A stretch of DNA of 64,000 nt from Candidatus Latescibacterota bacterium (lineage in GTDB: Bacteria > Latescibacterota > UBA2968 > UBA8231). The stretch covers positions 1,440,001 to 1,504,000 of the forward strand of contig OZ242318.1 of assembly GCA_965208105.1 (NCBI GenBank), read 5' to 3'. Of this stretch, positions 1 through 9,907 are shown piece after piece. The translations under genes were made by a program, and so were the position numbers. Below the pieces are notes generated by a model, which saw only the letters and a program-made list of their open reading frames with translations, made no database searches and was not told the DNA's origin. Every line of letters starts with the position of its first letter. The stretch's first letter is position 1.

Positions 1-276
1 GTCGCCTACGTTGATGCAGGCTATTCCTCCGGGCTTCAGCACGCGGTCGCATTCGTCCCAGGTCCTGTCAAGCAGCCGGTGCATCAACTCGAATGCCTCG
101 TTACCTTCACCCGCTTGCAGCCGGGCGCTGATGCGCTCGTCCTGTTCGCCGAATGCCTCGTCCCACATGGCGATCATGGGATATGGAGGGGAGGTAACGA
201 CCAGGTCGACCGACGCGGTCGCAAGGCCGCCCATGTCGTGGGAAGAGCTGCACAGAAGTTTGATCTCGGTCTCCAT
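1..276 (-). CDS. Site-specific DNA methyltransferase (N4-C/N6-A family); 5' part only, runs off the window
   Basis: Not in the ORF track. Reverse frame from ATG at 276 reads METEIKLLCSSSHDMGGLATASVDLVVTSPPYPMIAMWD...RVLKPGGIACINVGD, with the TSPPY catalytic motif and RVLKPGG. Confidence 0.85.
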   Translation of the reverse strand, partial: METEIKLLCSSSHDMGGLATASVDLVVTSPPYPMIAMWDEAFGEQDERISARLQAGEGNEAFELMHRLLDRTWDECDRVLKPGGIACINVGD

Positions 277-325
277 AGGTCTGGGTCCCTGGCGCGGAGG
301 TTATTGGAAGGACCGGGTTTGGTCA

Positions 326-448
326 TACAGCGGTAAGTTCATGGTGCGGGTGCCGCCGGAATCACACCGCGCCCTCGCCATGCAGGCAGCGGAGCAGGGA
401 GTGAGCCTGAACCGGTTGGTGAGTACGCGGCTGGCCAACCGCACCTGA
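326..448 (+). pseudogene. HicB-like antitoxin C-terminal (ribbon-helix-helix) fragment
   Basis: YSGKFMVRVPPESHRALAMQAAEQGVSLNRLV matches the typical HicB C-terminus; no N-terminal domain and no hicA upstream. Confidence 0.6.
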
Positions 449-577
449 TTGGCGCGGCCGATCATCGCCCGACATCACTTGGGACCACCGCGGTCCTTTC
501 CCTCTTCCGCCGTGGAGATCGCCGTACCTGCGCGGTCCCGGATCTCCGTTCTGCTCCGGGACCACCAAAAATTCACC

Positions 578-1267
578 TTACCCGCCACCTGCCCCAGGCT
601 TGACCGCTTTCACCACCGTGATGGGGACGACGCGCCACAGACATTCGGCGGCGAATCCGGCGCTCTTCAGCGCGGCGAGCTCGTCTTCGACGGGAAGGTA
701 GGTGTCCTCCCCCGACCATTCCTCGAAGTGTCTCCAGGCGCGCTTCTCCTCGATGCCGGAGGAGACCAGGTGCGCAGCCCAGGCTTCGTATTCGGCCCGG
801 CGGGTGCCGAGGGCTGCGGACATGGTCGCATCCGCGTTGACGAAAACCCCGCCCGGGCGCAGGGCGGCGAAGATGGCGGCGAATACCCTCGCTTTTTCCG
901 CCAGGGTGGCCACGTGATGCAGGGCAAGGGAAGCGACCACCGCGTCGCAGGTGGGGAGCGGACCCTGGAACCTGCGCTCGCTGTACTGCACTCGCGCGGC
1001 AAAGGACGCCAGGCGCGTCCGGGCCTGATCGAGCATCTCGGCGTCGGTGTCGATGAGCTCGATGGTGCATCCCCCGCAGCGCCGCAAAACGGCCTCGGCC
1101 AGGGCGCCGGTGCCGGCGCCGAGGTCGAGCACTCTTTCCGGTCCAGCCGCGGCAACGGCCTCCGCCACACGCTCCAGCATCTCCTCGTAGGCGGGAATGA
1201 AAGCGCGAATGCTCCTGTCGTAGGCCTCGATCTCAACGCGCAAATGGCTTCGTACAGAATGGCTCAT
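578..1267 (-). CDS. Class I SAM-dependent methyltransferase
   Basis: VLDLGAGTG motif I, ASLALHH, ALRPGG; ATG at 1267. Confidence 0.85.
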   Translation of the reverse strand: MSHSVRSHLRVEIEAYDRSIRAFIPAYEEMLERVAEAVAAAGPERVLDLGAGTGALAEAVLRRCGGCTIELIDTDAEMLDQARTRLASFAARVQYSERRFQGPLPTCDAVVASLALHHVATLAEKARVFAAIFAALRPGGVFVNADATMSAALGTRRAEYEAWAAHLVSSGIEEKRAWRHFEEWSGEDTYLPVEDELAALKSAGFAAECLWRVVPITVVKAVKPGAGGG

Positions 1268-1734
1268 GGTTTTTCCGGGGATCCGGGCTCGCAAGCGGCT
1301 CCTATCAAGCGGCACGTGCATCGAGCTTCAACACAGGACAATGAGGGATAGGTCGTCCCGCAGCGGCCACGACGTCGCTCACCATGACTTCATCAAGGAA
1401 TACAAACCCAGGGAGGTGGAGAATGTCAAGGGAGAGACCGAACCAATTGACGCAAGAAGCCGGGTTGCACAACATAGTGCCTGCGTCCATGCCGGATGCC
1501 GCGATGTCCCAACGCCCGGAGGCGAAGCAGGACGGGCCGGGACCGAATGTGGCGGTGGTCCAGGGGAAGGGTACCCAGGTTATAGGAGAACTGAGTGATG
1601 AAGCGGGATTCGATCGTCGAGGAGGTGGGCAACAGCTGCATCCCGGCCTGCCTCCCGGGGCGCGGCAAGCGCTTGCCGACCCATCCGCCGCCTGATTGGA
1701 GGCGGCCGGGCGGCGGAGGAAGAGGTCCGGCGCT

Positions 1735-2817
1735 GTGATTCTCTCCCCCGCTGATTCCGAGCTCGAGGAGCTCTGCGGCCGACTGGACGCCTTGAGCGAT
1801 GGACTCGCCCGCGATGGCGCCTGGCCCCTTGAACAGTTGCGTCTGTGCGGCGAGTACGGGGTCTTCTCCTGGTTTCTCTCCCGCCCCGGCGGAGGACTGG
1901 GCTGGAGCGCCGGGGACATCGTACGCGGGTATCTCGCCCTGAGCTCAGCATGCCTCACCACCGCATTCGTCCTCACCCAGCGCAGCGGCGCATGCAGGCG
2001 CATCGAAGCGACGAGCAACACTGGTGTGAAATCCAGGCTCCTTCCCGGTCTGCTCTCGGGGCGGTCATTCGCCACCCTTGGGATCTCCCAACTGACCACC
2101 AGCCGCCGCCACCTTGCCCGGCCCGCAATGCGCGCCGAGGAGACCCGGGGCGGCTTCCTCCTCAACGGCTGCAGCCCCTGGGTCACCGGCGCGGACCATG
2201 CCGATACCGTCGTCGCCGGGGCGACCCTGCCGGATGGCCGCGACATGATCGTCGCTCTGCCGACAAGGACAGCCGGCGTCACCGTACCAGCCCCGGCGTG
2301 CCTCACCGCCCTGACCGCGAGCCACACGGGCCCGGTCAACTGCGAGGACGTGGAAATCGGCCGCGAGGAGGTCCTCGCCGGCCCCGCCCTGAACCTGATG
2401 CAGGGGAAGTCCGGCGCGGCGACGGGCGGATACGAGACGTCCTCCCTGGCCCTGGGTCTGGCCGGCAGGGCCATCCGATTTTCCGAGGAAGAGGCGGTCA
2501 GGCGCCCCGATCTCTCATCCCCGGTGAAGGCCCTGCGCGAGGAGTGGGTGGCTCTGCGCGATGGTCTCATATCGGCTGCAACCGGAAACTCGGGGCTGAC
2601 CGGCACCCGGATTCGAGCCCGCGCCAACAGCCTGGTGCTGCGTGCGACTCATGCCGCCCTGGCCGTGGCGAAGGGCACCGGCTACGCCGTGGAACATCCG
2701 GCGGGCCGCTGGTGCCGCGAAGCGCTCTTCTTTCTCGTATGGAGTTGTCCCCGGCCGGTGATGGAGGCCAACTTGCGCGAGTTGGCCGGAGTTTCTGCCG
2801 GGGAGGGGATCGTGTGA
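1735..2817 (+). CDS. Acyl-CoA dehydrogenase-family flavoprotein
   Basis: FLLNGCSPWVTGA, KGTGYAVEHPAGRWCREALFF; start uncertain (1696 or 1735). Confidence 0.8.
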   Translation: MILSPADSELEELCGRLDALSDGLARDGAWPLEQLRLCGEYGVFSWFLSRPGGGLGWSAGDIVRGYLALSSACLTTAFVLTQRSGACRRIEATSNTGVKSRLLPGLLSGRSFATLGISQLTTSRRHLARPAMRAEETRGGFLLNGCSPWVTGADHADTVVAGATLPDGRDMIVALPTRTAGVTVPAPACLTALTASHTGPVNCEDVEIGREEVLAGPALNLMQGKSGAATGGYETSSLALGLAGRAIRFSEEEAVRRPDLSSPVKALREEWVALRDGLISAATGNSGLTGTRIRARANSLVLRATHAALAVAKGTGYAVEHPAGRWCREALFFLVWSCPRPVMEANLRELAGVSAGEGIV

Positions 2818-2890
2818 GGAACCGAGCCGGCCACCTGGACCAGGCAGGAGAAACGGGCTGGGACGGCTGATTCGCAACCCCGAAGAGACA

Positions 2891-3652
2891 CTATATGTCT
2901 ATGTCGATTTCCACGGGGCAGTGGTCCGAGCCCATTACCTGGTTGTGGAGCTCCGCGCTTTTCAGGCGCTTCTTCAAAGGATCCGAGATGCAGAAGTAGT
3001 CAAGGCGCCAACCCACATTCCTCGCCCTTGCCCCGGCCCTGAAGCTCCACCACGAGTACTTTTCCTCTTCCGGGTGCAGGTACCTGAAGGTGTCGATGAA
3101 TCCGGCCTTCATGAAATTCGAGAATCCTTCCCTTTCCTCGATGGTGTATCCCTTCTTCCCTTCATTGGCCTTGTCGTTTTTCAGATCGATGGGCTCGTGG
3201 GCTACGTTCAAATCACCGCAGAAGATGACCGGTTTTTTCTTTTCCAGCTCCTTGCAGTGTCCCAGAAACGCAGGGTCCCACTCCTCGTATCTCAAAGGGA
3301 TTCTCGAGAGGTCGTCCTTGGCATTCGGAGTGTAGACGGTAACCAGATGGAACCCGTCGAATTCCGCGGTTAGAACCCTCCCTTCATCGTCGACGGGATG
3401 GCCTATTCCCCTGGAAATTGCCAGAGGTTCAACCCTGCTGAACATGGCTACCCCCGAATAGCCCTTCCTCTCGGCGCTGTTCCAGTATTCATACTCATAC
3501 CCCGAAGCACCCATCTTCAAATCGACCTGATCCGGATGCGCCTTGGTCTCCTGAATACACAGGACATCCGCCTCCAACGCCCTGATGGAATCGGGGAAGC
3601 CCTTCCTCATCACCGCCCGGATGCCGTTCACGTTCCACGAGATTATTTTCAT
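2891..3652 (-). CDS. xth: Exodeoxyribonuclease III / AP endonuclease
   Basis: ISWNVNGIRA, LCIQETK, GDLNVAH, GWRLDY, SDHCPV. Confidence 0.95.
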   Translation of the reverse strand: MKIISWNVNGIRAVMRKGFPDSIRALEADVLCIQETKAHPDQVDLKMGASGYEYEYWNSAERKGYSGVAMFSRVEPLAISRGIGHPVDDEGRVLTAEFDGFHLVTVYTPNAKDDLSRIPLRYEEWDPAFLGHCKELEKKKPVIFCGDLNVAHEPIDLKNDKANEGKKGYTIEEREGFSNFMKAGFIDTFRYLHPEEEKYSWWSFRAGARARNVGWRLDYFCISDPLKKRLKSAELHNQVMGSDHCPVEIDIDI

Positions 3653-3841
3653 GATGACCTGTGGGAAAGTGTATTTGGGAATGTGTTATAATACCTCGAT
3701 CCGCCGTCGGCCTGCGGCGCACCGCGAGCCTGCCCGGGCGGACCATTCTGCCCTTCGCTCCGTCCCCATCCCATCGTCTTGCACAGTGGCATGATATACG
3801 GAATAATCCCTGCTCTTTCAACAAGGACGGCAAGCTGCCGT

Positions 3842-4810
3842 TCAGAATCCATCGGTGGTGCAGAATACGTGATGAGATCTGATTCCCTGGTCCCGTTGCC
3901 GCGGCTGCCGGTGCAGCAGGTTGCCGAGACCATCGAACCCTGGCGGCATGAGGGACTGGTCGATGACGCGGTACATCAGGTTCCCGACAGCCTCCACCCT
4001 CCCGGCTTCAAACCCGCGGGCCACGGGCGCCGGGAAGGCCACCTCAAGGGTGTCCCCGCCGGTTGCTGCAATCCCCTTCCCGATCAACGCCTCGAAGGCC
4101 CGTTTCCCGCCGTCGTCAGCGAAGACCTCGTCGCAAGCGGCAAACTCCTTCACCTCCAATCCCTCCTTCCTCCCGTTCGCCGATAGAGACAGGTAGGCCT
4201 TGATGGCGCCCTGCGCTTCGGCCACCCAGACGCGCGGGGACTCGGCGGGGAACCAGTCACTCCAGTACCCTGGGTGGTCGCGCACCAGGGTCCCGTTGAA
4301 GCGGCGGGCATAGGCATCGTAGAGGGCCGACAATTCCTCCAGCTCCGGTCCCTCCGCCAAATTCGCCGGACGAATTCGGAATGCCCTGTCCACCTTCGCC
4401 CCCATCTGCCTCCAGGCGAAATAGAGCGGGACCCTCTCCCAGCCCTCGGCGCGGTATATCCCCTGGTCTCCGAACAAGGACGAGACGGCGATGCCCCGTT
4501 CCCGCATGAAGCCCACTGCGTCCCGCAACAGTCGCGTCGCCAGCCCCCGCCTCCTGTATTCGGGCAGCGTGCTGACTTCGCCGATGCCGCCGGCGGCAAC
4601 GCGCACGCCCCTCAGGTAGATCCGGCGCATGAAAACCCGGACCGTGCTCGCAATTCTGCCGCCGTCAACCGCAACCCGGATCCCCTCCAGGTCCTTCCAG
4701 GGGTCGTTGAACCAATGGTTGACGAAGTGCGCGCGCGGGGTGCTGAATACCGTTGCCGCATGGTCGAACCAGGCTTCCAGCTCGGTCCCCCGGAGCGCTC
4801 GAAATTCCAT
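3842..4810 (-). CDS. GNAT N-acetyltransferase (Eis-like)
   Basis: GGIGEVSTLPEYRRRGLATRLL acetyl-CoA-binding motif; ATG at 4810. Confidence 0.85.
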   Translation of the reverse strand: MEFRALRGTELEAWFDHAATVFSTPRAHFVNHWFNDPWKDLEGIRVAVDGGRIASTVRVFMRRIYLRGVRVAAGGIGEVSTLPEYRRRGLATRLLRDAVGFMRERGIAVSSLFGDQGIYRAEGWERVPLYFAWRQMGAKVDRAFRIRPANLAEGPELEELSALYDAYARRFNGTLVRDHPGYWSDWFPAESPRVWVAEAQGAIKAYLSLSANGRKEGLEVKEFAACDEVFADDGGKRAFEALIGKGIAATGGDTLEVAFPAPVARGFEAGRVEAVGNLMYRVIDQSLMPPGFDGLGNLLHRQPRQRDQGIRSHHVFCTTDGF

Positions 4811-5085
4811 CTTCCGTCCCCTTCGATGGACTGGCTTCACCGCAGAACAAGGGGCGATTCCGCCCCATCGCCCACCGCGCCGGAGGTCCGCACCTGGACC
4901 TTGCGGCGGGGATGGCGAAAGATAGGTATTCCAGGGGGTTACTGACAGGAGGAAGGTCGCAGCTCCGGGGAGAAGAACCGCCACGCCGGAGCTGCTTGAC
5001 CCGGTCTGCGGCGGCCCGTATAATTGCTGAATCTCTACAACCCCGATGAAGAGAAACCAACTTGACCGCACTCGAAGAGGACAAG

Positions 5086-6387
5086 ATGGGAAGGGACCTG
5101 CGCGACCGCGCCGAGCGCTACCTGCCGGGCGGGGTCGGCGCATCGGGCCGATTCAACCCGTCCCTGGGACAGGCTCTCTACCTTGAGTCGGCGCAGGGAT
5201 GCCGCATCCGGGACGTGGAAGGCAGGGAGTATATCGATTTCAATCTCTCCCACGGAGCCGCATTCCTGGGATACAACCACGAGGCCACCCGCCGCGCCAT
5301 GCTGGAGGCGGTGGAGGCCGGTGTCCTCTGCGGCTACGAGACCGCCGCCCATACGGAACTGGCGCGCAGAATCACCGGCATCGTCCCCTGCGCCGAACGG
5401 GTGCGCTACGCCAATACGGGGTCGGAGGGCACGATGATCTGCCTGCGGCTGGCCCGGGCGCGCACCGGCCGCGCCAAAGTGCTGAAATTCTGGGGGCACT
5501 TTCACGGACTCTACGACTATGTCATGTACAACGCCCACTCGCCCCTGACCCCGGTCGAACCCGGCACCATCATCGAGCCGGTGCGGGAGTCCCCCGGCGT
5601 CCCGGATGCACTGGACGATCTGGTCGTTGTGGTGCCGTGGAAGGACGAGGCCGCTCTGGAACGGGCGATCCTCGCCCACGGGGAAGACATCGCCGCCATC
5701 ATCATGGAACCGGTCAACTACAATCAGGGCTGCATCGTCGCCGATACCGCCTACATGCAGTTCGTCCGCGAGCTGGCGACCCGGCACGGGATCGTGCTGA
5801 TATACGACGAGGTGCTCTCCGCTTTTCGCACCGGACCGGACTGCGCCCAGGGATATTACGGCGTCACCCCCGACCTCTGCGTGCTCGGAAAGGCGGTGGC
5901 CAACGGGGCAGCGCTTGTGGTTATCGCCGGCAATGGAGAGATCATGGACATGGTCGGACCGGGGGGGAAGGTGGTCCAGAGCGGTACCTACACCGGCAAC
6001 GTCCCCGCGGTGAAGGCGGCCCTGGCTTCGGTCCGGGAGATCTGCCGTCCCGGATTCTACGACCATATCCACGCCACCGCCGACCGCCTGGAGTCCGGCC
6101 TGCGGGGAATCTTCTCGCGGGCGGGGGTCGCCGCCCGGGTGCAGGGGCTCGGCGCCCGCTTCGGCATATTCTTCGGATCCACCGATCCGGTGCGGCGCTT
6201 CGAAGACACCCTGGAACGCGATCAGGAGCAGAAAGGCAGCTTCATCCGCGCCTGCTTCGGGAAAGGGGTCTACTTCCACGACTACGGCTCCATGGTCGCC
6301 GGCCATCACGGTATCTCGGCCGCCCACAGCAGCGCTGAAATCGACGAAGCCCTCAACCGGATCGAAGCCGCCGTCCGCCTGCTCTGA
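5086..6387 (+). CDS. Class III aminotransferase, glutamate-1-semialdehyde aminomutase-like
   Basis: NTGSEGT, GHFHG, IIMEPV, LIYDEVLSAFR, LGKAVANG (PLP Lys), SGTYTGN. Confidence 0.85.
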   Translation: MGRDLRDRAERYLPGGVGASGRFNPSLGQALYLESAQGCRIRDVEGREYIDFNLSHGAAFLGYNHEATRRAMLEAVEAGVLCGYETAAHTELARRITGIVPCAERVRYANTGSEGTMICLRLARARTGRAKVLKFWGHFHGLYDYVMYNAHSPLTPVEPGTIIEPVRESPGVPDALDDLVVVVPWKDEAALERAILAHGEDIAAIIMEPVNYNQGCIVADTAYMQFVRELATRHGIVLIYDEVLSAFRTGPDCAQGYYGVTPDLCVLGKAVANGAALVVIAGNGEIMDMVGPGGKVVQSGTYTGNVPAVKAALASVREICRPGFYDHIHATADRLESGLRGIFSRAGVAARVQGLGARFGIFFGSTDPVRRFEDTLERDQEQKGSFIRACFGKGVYFHDYGSMVAGHHGISAAHSSAEIDEALNRIEAAVRLL

Positions 6388-6468
6388 CCAACGCATGGGG
6401 TTACCCGGGCAGCGGGAAACCCCACTTTCCCCCGTCACACCCCCGAGTATGAAGGAGAGCCTGTAGAC

Positions 6469-7254
6469 ATGAACCCACAGCAAAGATACCTGTTCGACCT
6501 CACCGGCTACCTGCATCTGCCAGGGGTTCTCACCTCCGAGCAGCTGGAGAAGGCGCGGTCGGCCGCGGCGCAGTATTTCCGCACCCCGGCGGAGAAGCTG
6601 CCCGCCCATATGGGCCTGGAGATCGACGGGCGGCGCTATACCAACAGCTTCGCCTTTCACCGGGACCTGGAAGCGCTGGCCACCCTCCCCGGAACCAGGG
6701 ACGTGATCGACGAGCTCACCTACGGCAGGCCGAGACTGGTCATGGGCACCCTGATGCGGGTCAAGCACGACGACAACCGCGACGCCCACAGCCTGCACTG
6801 TGCCGGCGACGAAAGGGGACGGGACAAAATCTGGCTGCGCTACGAGGACGGGCGGCTGCGCAGCAACAACTTTGCCGTGTTCGTTTACCTGACCGACGTC
6901 TTTCCCGGCGACGGCGGCCTGCTGCTCGTTCCCGGATCCCACAAGAGCAACTGCAGCCGTGAGAAAGACTACTTCGGAACGATTTCCTTCGAGACCACCG
7001 AGGAGTTGCCGCCACCCCTGATCAACGTCACCCCGAGGGCCGGGGACGTGGTGGTCATGCCCGAAGCCCTGACCCACGGCGCCCTGCCCTGGCAGCCCGC
7101 GGACCGCGAACGCTGGGTCGTTGTCCTGCGCTACACCCTCAAGAACGGCCCGCGCAACGCCAGGCGCTCGGACGTCGCGGAGAACAGCTACGAGGCCTAT
7201 CCGGAAAGATGGAATGAAACACTGTTGCCGGAGACCCTGGAGCTGGTAAAGTGA
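6469..7254 (+). CDS. PhyH-family Fe(II)/2OG dioxygenase
   Basis: YLFDLTGYLHL, VYLTDVFPGDGGLLLVPGSHK, AGDVVVMPEALTHG. Confidence 0.85.
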   Translation: MNPQQRYLFDLTGYLHLPGVLTSEQLEKARSAAAQYFRTPAEKLPAHMGLEIDGRRYTNSFAFHRDLEALATLPGTRDVIDELTYGRPRLVMGTLMRVKHDDNRDAHSLHCAGDERGRDKIWLRYEDGRLRSNNFAVFVYLTDVFPGDGGLLLVPGSHKSNCSREKDYFGTISFETTEELPPPLINVTPRAGDVVVMPEALTHGALPWQPADRERWVVVLRYTLKNGPRNARRSDVAENSYEAYPERWNETLLPETLELVK

Positions 7255-7283
7255 GGACCGCTTGAACCTGAAGGAGACGGGCA

Positions 7284-8930
7284 ATGCCTGACATCTTCAG
7301 CGCCGCAATCAGCGGCGACGCATCCCAGGTGGCCTCCCTCCTGTCGGAGGACCCGAAACTGGCCCACGCGGTCAACGAGCGGCAACGCACCGCTCTGCAC
7401 TACGCCTCCCGCGAGGGTCACGCCGGTGTCGTGCGCACCTTGCTGCAATCCGGCGCCGATCCCGGCTGCGTGATCTATCCGAACAAGGAGATCACCCTGC
7501 CGCGGACCCTGGCCGGCGCGCGCGGCCACGACCACGTGGTGGCCGTTCTGGACGAGTGGGCGCTGCGCAACCAGGCGGAAACGGCTTCCGACCTCGGAGC
7601 GGAGATGTGCGCCGCCGCGGGCGAGGGAGATCTGCGGCGCATCCGCCAGCTTGCCCGAAAACCAGGGGCTCTTGGCGCCAGCGACGGCCGGGGCAACACG
7701 GCCCTTCACTTGGCCGCCGAGCAGGGACATGGACAACTGTTGCAGGCTTTGCTCGATCTGGGAGCCGACCCGGACGCGCGCAACAAAGTTGACCAGTCAC
7801 CCATCCACCGCGCCCTCGCCAAGAACCCCTTCGACGGAGAGAAGCCGGACTTCGCCACCGCCGGCCTGCTGCTGCAACGCGGCGCCCGTGGCGACCTGTG
7901 GACCGCCGCTGCCCTCGGCGACGTGGCAGGTCTCGAGGAGCTGGCCGCCGTCACCCCGGCCGCCATTCACCGCGACCATCCGAGCTGCCCCATCACCATC
8001 GCCGCCACCGCGGGACAACTGGGGTCGGTGCAGTGGCTGCTCGACCACGGCGCCGACCCCGATGCAACCCGCGTGGCAGACGCCGGGACCCCCCATCCCT
8101 ACGAGGAGCGCGGCGCACCCCTCCTCTTTGCCGCCCTGAACCAGCACGGAGAGGTGGTGCGTGCCCTGCTCGAGGCGGGGGCGGACCCCAACGGTACCAT
8201 GATGGCCAGTCCCAGCGCCACCAGCGCCGCCTACGAAAGAGGATACGACGACATCGCCGCGGATCTGTTCCGCTACGGCGGGGTTCCCGACAGTGTATCC
8301 TGCCTTGCCCGCGGCAACTACGCCGCGGTGGTGCAGGCCTTCCACTACGATCCCGCCGGCGCCAGCAGGAGCCTACTGAAGTCCCATGACGCCGACATGG
8401 TGCGCCTTTGCCTGCGCCACCGGCCGCAGCTCACCGAGGCGGAGCAGTTCAGCGCCATGTTCGAGCTCATGCGGGTGAACAGCGGCGATCTCGGCAAGGC
8501 GAGGTACCGGTCCGCCATCCTCTCCTCGATGCTCGAGTATGGCTTCGACCCCAACGTCCGCAGTCAGGAGAATATTTCCCTGCTGCACCGGACAATGGGC
8601 TGCATGTGGCGGGAGCGCTGGATGAACAGCCAGGAGGTGATGATCGAGTTCACCCGGGTGCTGCTAGACCACGGCGCCGACATCAACGCCAGGGACGACG
8701 ACCTCAAATCCACTCCCATGGCCTGGCATGCGCGCTACGGGCACGACGAGGTCGTCGCCTACCTGCTGTCGCGCGGAGCCGCAGCCGAGCTGCCCGACGA
8801 CCAGCCCTGGGCAACCCCCATGGCCTGGGCCCGCAAGAGTGGGCACGCGGGCATTGCCGCCCTGCTGAACGACAAAGGGGCCGGACCCGGCGGCGCTTCA
8901 CGAGCCGGCCCCGGTCCATCAGCCTCTTGA
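7284..8930 (+). CDS. Ankyrin-repeat protein
   Basis: Multiple TALHxAAxxGH...LLxxGADP repeats. Confidence 0.9.
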   Translation: MPDIFSAAISGDASQVASLLSEDPKLAHAVNERQRTALHYASREGHAGVVRTLLQSGADPGCVIYPNKEITLPRTLAGARGHDHVVAVLDEWALRNQAETASDLGAEMCAAAGEGDLRRIRQLARKPGALGASDGRGNTALHLAAEQGHGQLLQALLDLGADPDARNKVDQSPIHRALAKNPFDGEKPDFATAGLLLQRGARGDLWTAAALGDVAGLEELAAVTPAAIHRDHPSCPITIAATAGQLGSVQWLLDHGADPDATRVADAGTPHPYEERGAPLLFAALNQHGEVVRALLEAGADPNGTMMASPSATSAAYERGYDDIAADLFRYGGVPDSVSCLARGNYAAVVQAFHYDPAGASRSLLKSHDADMVRLCLRHRPQLTEAEQFSAMFELMRVNSGDLGKARYRSAILSSMLEYGFDPNVRSQENISLLHRTMGCMWRERWMNSQEVMIEFTRVLLDHGADINARDDDLKSTPMAWHARYGHDEVVAYLLSRGAAAELPDDQPWATPMAWARKSGHAGIAALLNDKGAGPGGASRAGPGPSAS

Positions 8931-8937
8931 ATAGGCC

Positions 8938-9867
8938 ATGACCTCGGAGAACCTCCGTGCCCGCCGGCGCTTTCAGGCCGCCCTGGACACCCTGCTGGAG
9001 CAGGTGAAGGAGGACCGCCATATCCTCGCCGCCGTCCTCTGCGGCAGTCTGTCCCACGACCAGGTCTACGAGCGCTCCGACATCGACCTGGTGCTGGTCT
9101 GCGCCGACGATCGGAAGATGAAGGGGCTCGATGTGGCCCTGGTGGTCGACAACATCAACATCCACACGGTGGTCGTACCGCGGGATTCCTTCAAGAAGAC
9201 CGTGGAGGGAGCGGCGCGCAATTCGGGCGCCCACTCCCTCTACGCCAAGAGCAAGCTGATGTTCACCAGGGACCCTTCCATCCAGGGCATGTTCGACCGC
9301 ATCCAGCGGCTTGGAGGCCGCGACACCGAAATCCAGTTGCTCACCTCGGGGTGCGCCGTCGCCGGCAACCTCTACAAGGCGCGCAAGTGGTTCGTCACCA
9401 GGGGGGACCTCGAGCTCACCTCCCTGTGGCTGCTCTACGCGGCGACTCCGCTGGCCCAGATCGAGGCCGGGCTCGCCGGCGAGATCATCGGGCGCGAGGT
9501 CATCACCCAGGGACAGCGGCTCAACCCCGAGCTCTTCCAGGTGGTCTACACTGGTCTTCTCAACAGGAAGAAGACGCGCCGGGGGGTGGGCCCCGCCCTC
9601 GACCGCGCCGAGGAGTACCTGCGCAGCAAGGCGCCTCTCCTTTTCAAGCCCATACTCTCCTACCTGCAGCAGGAGGGAGACGCCTGCTCGGCCACGGCCA
9701 TCAACCACCACTTCCACCGCAGCTTCGGGATCGGCCATGTGACCACCGCGTGCGAGTACCTCGCCGACATCGGCATCGTCGACAAGGTGTCTACCCCGGT
9801 GAAGCTCACCACGCTGAGCCAGATGGAGGTGGACGAGCTGGCTTTCTTCTACAACGGCGAGGGGTGA
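8938..9867 (+). CDS. Nucleotidyltransferase-domain protein (Pol-beta superfamily, KNTase-like architecture)
   Basis: [21 protein letters not shown] (GS...DxD) followed by helical domains. Confidence 0.7.
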   Translation: MTSENLRARRRFQAALDTLLEQVKEDRHILAAVLCGSLSHDQVYERSDIDLVLVCADDRKMKGLDVALVVDNINIHTVVVPRDSFKKTVEGAARNSGAHSLYAKSKLMFTRDPSIQGMFDRIQRLGGRDTEIQLLTSGCAVAGNLYKARKWFVTRGDLELTSLWLLYAATPLAQIEAGLAGEIIGREVITQGQRLNPELFQVVYTGLLNRKKTRRGVGPALDRAEEYLRSKAPLLFKPILSYLQQEGDACSATAINHHFHRSFGIGHVTTACEYLADIGIVDKVSTPVKLTTLSQMEVDELAFFYNGEG

Positions 9868-9907
9868 GCGGCGTTCCAACCGCTTGACCCCGCACCCGGG
9901 ATCAGGT

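Noticed and set aside
11-325. N-terminal part of the 145-aa plus-strand ORF
   Set aside because: It is antisense to the DNA methyltransferase; only the last ~40 codons look like protein (HicB-like).
1384-1695. 103-aa ORF upstream of the acyl-CoA dehydrogenase
   Set aside because: No recognisable motif; cannot be supported as a gene from sequence alone.
5086-6387. Calling this gene hemL
   Set aside because: Family motifs are present but it is divergent and lacks hem context; GSA-like paralogues are common.
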